Virus record (IMG/VR): IMGVR_UViG_3300025011_000016
DNA length: 64,000 nt
Strand: one strand, 5' to 3'
Source: a virus
Taxonomy: Duplodnaviria; Caudoviricetes
The notes under the pieces are model-generated. The model saw only the letters and a program-made list of their open reading frames with translations, had not been told where the DNA came from and searched no databases. Both the position numbers and the translations under genes were made by a program. Shown here one piece after another: positions 61,842-64,000 of the stretch; the first letter of the stretch is position 1; every line of letters begins with the position of its first letter.

Positions 61842-62717
61842 ATGATTTTAATGTATAATGAAACCAGAACTCCTTGGGTTGTAAAAGTTATCAACGATAA
61901 GGCTATTTGTTTAACTAAGGTTAAATCCTATACCCGAGGCGAGGAAATCGTTAAGCGCAGCGCACATATTTTCAGTTACAGTAATATCTTCGATGTTCCT
62001 GAAGGTGTTAGCATGGAAGACATAACGAAGAAATTCGTCAATATGAATGACGTGAAAATACTCATGGGGAAATCTTCTTCTGTTACTTTCAGTAAGAAGG
62101 ATTTCAATCCTTTCATTACGGCAAGTGACTATCTGCTCAAAGACATCTGTTTAATTTCTATCGACCTAAAAGGCCGTAAAATTATCAACGTCTCACATGA
62201 AGACATTTTCATTTTGGAGAATTTCATCCTCGGTGGCGAACTGACTATGATTGCATCTCTAAATGCATTCGACAGTGCTCTCAAAATTAAGTTATGGGAT
62301 TCTGAAACTAATACTGTTAACGTATACACCTTTACTTGTGAAGGTGTAGTACCTTGTCTAGTATGTAGTGAAGAAGTCCCACTCGGTAATGAAGAGGAGT
62401 ATGTGTTATATCTAAGAAAATTCAGACCGGGTAGACCGACTCACACCATTTTAGCTCTTGAAAAGGATCTAGCGAAGGTTAACAAAGCCGTTGACCCTGA
62501 ACGCTATAATATTATTACCATAACGGCGGATAATACCGACGAGATTCTTAAACCACTTATATTGGATAACCATAAAGCCATTACGCTGTTTACCGGCAAG
62601 CAACTTACAAAACATAGCGATATTCGCTATAGGGAACTAGCCAATATCCTTTTCACCAATTTCAATTTATTCTATGAGCTGTTTGACAACGGCAAGGTAT
62701 TCAAATCTAAAATCTGA
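61842..62717 (+). CDS. hypothetical protein
   Basis: GGGGAG; 291 aa. Confidence 0.65.
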   Translation: MILMYNETRTPWVVKVINDKAICLTKVKSYTRGEEIVKRSAHIFSYSNIFDVPEGVSMEDITKKFVNMNDVKILMGKSSSVTFSKKDFNPFITASDYLLKDICLISIDLKGRKIINVSHEDIFILENFILGGELTMIASLNAFDSALKIKLWDSETNTVNVYTFTCEGVVPCLVCSEEVPLGNEEEYVLYLRKFRPGRPTHTILALEKDLAKVNKAVDPERYNIITITADNTDEILKPLILDNHKAITLFTGKQLTKHSDIRYRELANILFTNFNLFYELFDNGKVFKSKI

Positions 62718-62723
62718 TAAATA

Positions 62724-62758
62724 AAAAATAGCTAACCTTATTGGTTAGCTATTTTTTT
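62724..62758 (+). terminator. intrinsic terminator
   Basis: AATAGCTAACC...GGTTAGCTATT plus T7. Confidence 0.75.
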
Positions 62759-62839
62759 ATATCTCCTATATATTTTTAAGTTTATATTATGTGTTAAACT
62801 ATCTATTAAAGGAATAAAAATAATAGGAGGAAAAAGAAA

Positions 62840-64000
62840 ATGGCTAATAGCTTCTTAGATCGTTTAAGATCAATTGATAAAAAAGGGTTATTCACCCCAA
62901 CACAAACATCAATCAGTTATGCCAGTGGTTTTGTACCATTTGATTATCGAAATGGGTATATGGTTGAGGTAAGAGATTTACAAGAAACCTTAATAGATTC
63001 ATATCCATCAGTCGGTGTTATTGGAGGTACCTTTTTAACGATTATTGGAAAATCTGGTGTTGCAAAAACAACATTTGCCGCTCAACTGGCAGCTCAGATA
63101 GTTAATAGGTTTACAGATAATGCATTCGTGCAACACTATGATCTTGAACAAGCATTGACATATACTCGTATTAAGAATATCACAGGTATGACTCAACAAC
63201 AACTTGATGATAAATATATATTAAAACAAGAAAAGAATTATATTGAAGATATTTATGACGCAATTATGTTAGTTGCAAATCAAAAAGAGGAATTTAAGAA
63301 GGATTTTATTTATAATACAGGATTAAAAGATGAATTCAATAGACCCATACATGCGTATGTACCAACTGTAATGATCATAGATAGTCTCCCTACACTAGCA
63401 TCCAAAGAAGCCTCTGATTCAATAGAAGGTGGTACGTATACACTCAGACTGGCAAAAGCTGTTACTCAATTTTACAAACGATTGATGCCGATCATAAAAA
63501 CATATAATATTACGGTTATAGCTGTAAACCATATAAATGTTAAGATGGACATAAACCCCTTGGCTAAGACTCAGCCACAGCTATTGTATTTGAAAATGGA
63601 TGAGAGTATACCTTGCGGCCATGCAGCAATATATTTCGCAAATCTATTAGTAAAATTTATTGCTGTAGGTTCTAGTAAATTTACTACTGAAAAAGATGGT
63701 TTCGACGGTGTTACTATAAGATGTGAATTTCTTAAATCACGCACTAATAAGGCCGGTCAATCCTGTAATATGGTATATAATCAATCAACGGGTTTTGACC
63801 CCATAATGACACAATATCAATTTGCTAAAGATAATAATTTAATTGATGGACGGAATCCATATCAATATGTAATTGATAATAAAGATATAAAATTCGATTC
63901 GAGGCATTTTAGAAAAGCTTTTCTTACTGATGAAAAACTCAGATTTGCATTATTTAATAAAACAGTACCCATTCTCGAAAAACAATTATCTCATGTAGAT
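62840..64000 (+). CDS. recA: RecA/UvsX-like recombinase (runs off the window end; missing from the ORF track)
   Basis: AGGAGG; GKSGVAKTT Walker A, DLEQAL, MIIDSL, VIAVNH, KSR motifs. Confidence 0.85.
   Translation, partial: MANSFLDRLRSIDKKGLFTPTQTSISYASGFVPFDYRNGYMVEVRDLQETLIDSYPSVGVIGGTFLTIIGKSGVAKTTFAAQLAAQIVNRFTDNAFVQHYDLEQALTYTRIKNITGMTQQQLDDKYILKQEKNYIEDIYDAIMLVANQKEEFKKDFIYNTGLKDEFNRPIHAYVPTVMIIDSLPTLASKEASDSIEGGTYTLRLAKAVTQFYKRLMPIIKTYNITVIAVNHINVKMDINPLAKTQPQLLYLKMDESIPCGHAAIYFANLLVKFIAVGSSKFTTEKDGFDGVTIRCEFLKSRTNKAGQSCNMVYNQSTGFDPIMTQYQFAKDNNLIDGRNPYQYVIDNKDIKFDSRHFRKAFLTDEKLRFALFNKTVPILEKQLSHVD

Noticed and set aside
2652-62329. Short antisense or overlapping ORFs in the track (e.g. 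2652-2945, 9611-9874, 12226-12555, 31401-31694, 40961-41470, 51010-51384)
   Set aside because: They shadow long, motif-bearing genes, lack an RBS and show no recognisable domains.
1-64000. tRNA, rRNA, tmRNA genes, group II introns, reverse transcriptase and inteins
   Set aside because: No cloverleaf or T-loop patterns, domain V, YADD motif or intein splice motifs were seen by eye; all interruptions are explained by group I introns. tRNAscan-SE was not run.

Overview
The window is part of an AT-rich jumbo phage genome of the AR9/PBS1 (phiKZ-related) type, probably infecting a Clostridium-like Firmicute (inferred from the Amidase_3/SH3 endolysin and the IStron type). It carries three split multisubunit RNA polymerase subunits, a DnaB-like and a RecD/Dda-like helicase, type IIA topoisomerase B and A subunits, an SbcD-like nuclease, a RecA-like recombinase (truncated by the window end), a tubulin/FtsZ homologue, polyphosphate kinase 1, virion and tailspike genes and an endolysin. 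The dominant hidden structure is 17 group I introns (about 8.0 kb, about 12.5% of the window) in six genes. I assigned their splice sites by hand from the P1 helix, the terminal G and restoration of conserved protein motifs. They include a 9-nt exon carrying FDG of the RNAP NADFDGD catalytic motif and a 7-nt exon in the helicase. Two introns carry classical homing endonucleases (GIY-YIG, HNH). Two are IStron-like: a group I core whose P9 region is extended by tnpB and an omegaRNA/IS605 right end. One of these is complete and sits after TTGAT in the RecD-like gene. The other has lost tnpB and sits between the Shine-Dalgarno sequence and the AUG of an RNAP subunit, so translation should depend on splicing. 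All splicing and function claims are predictions from sequence inspection; no searches or folding programs were run.
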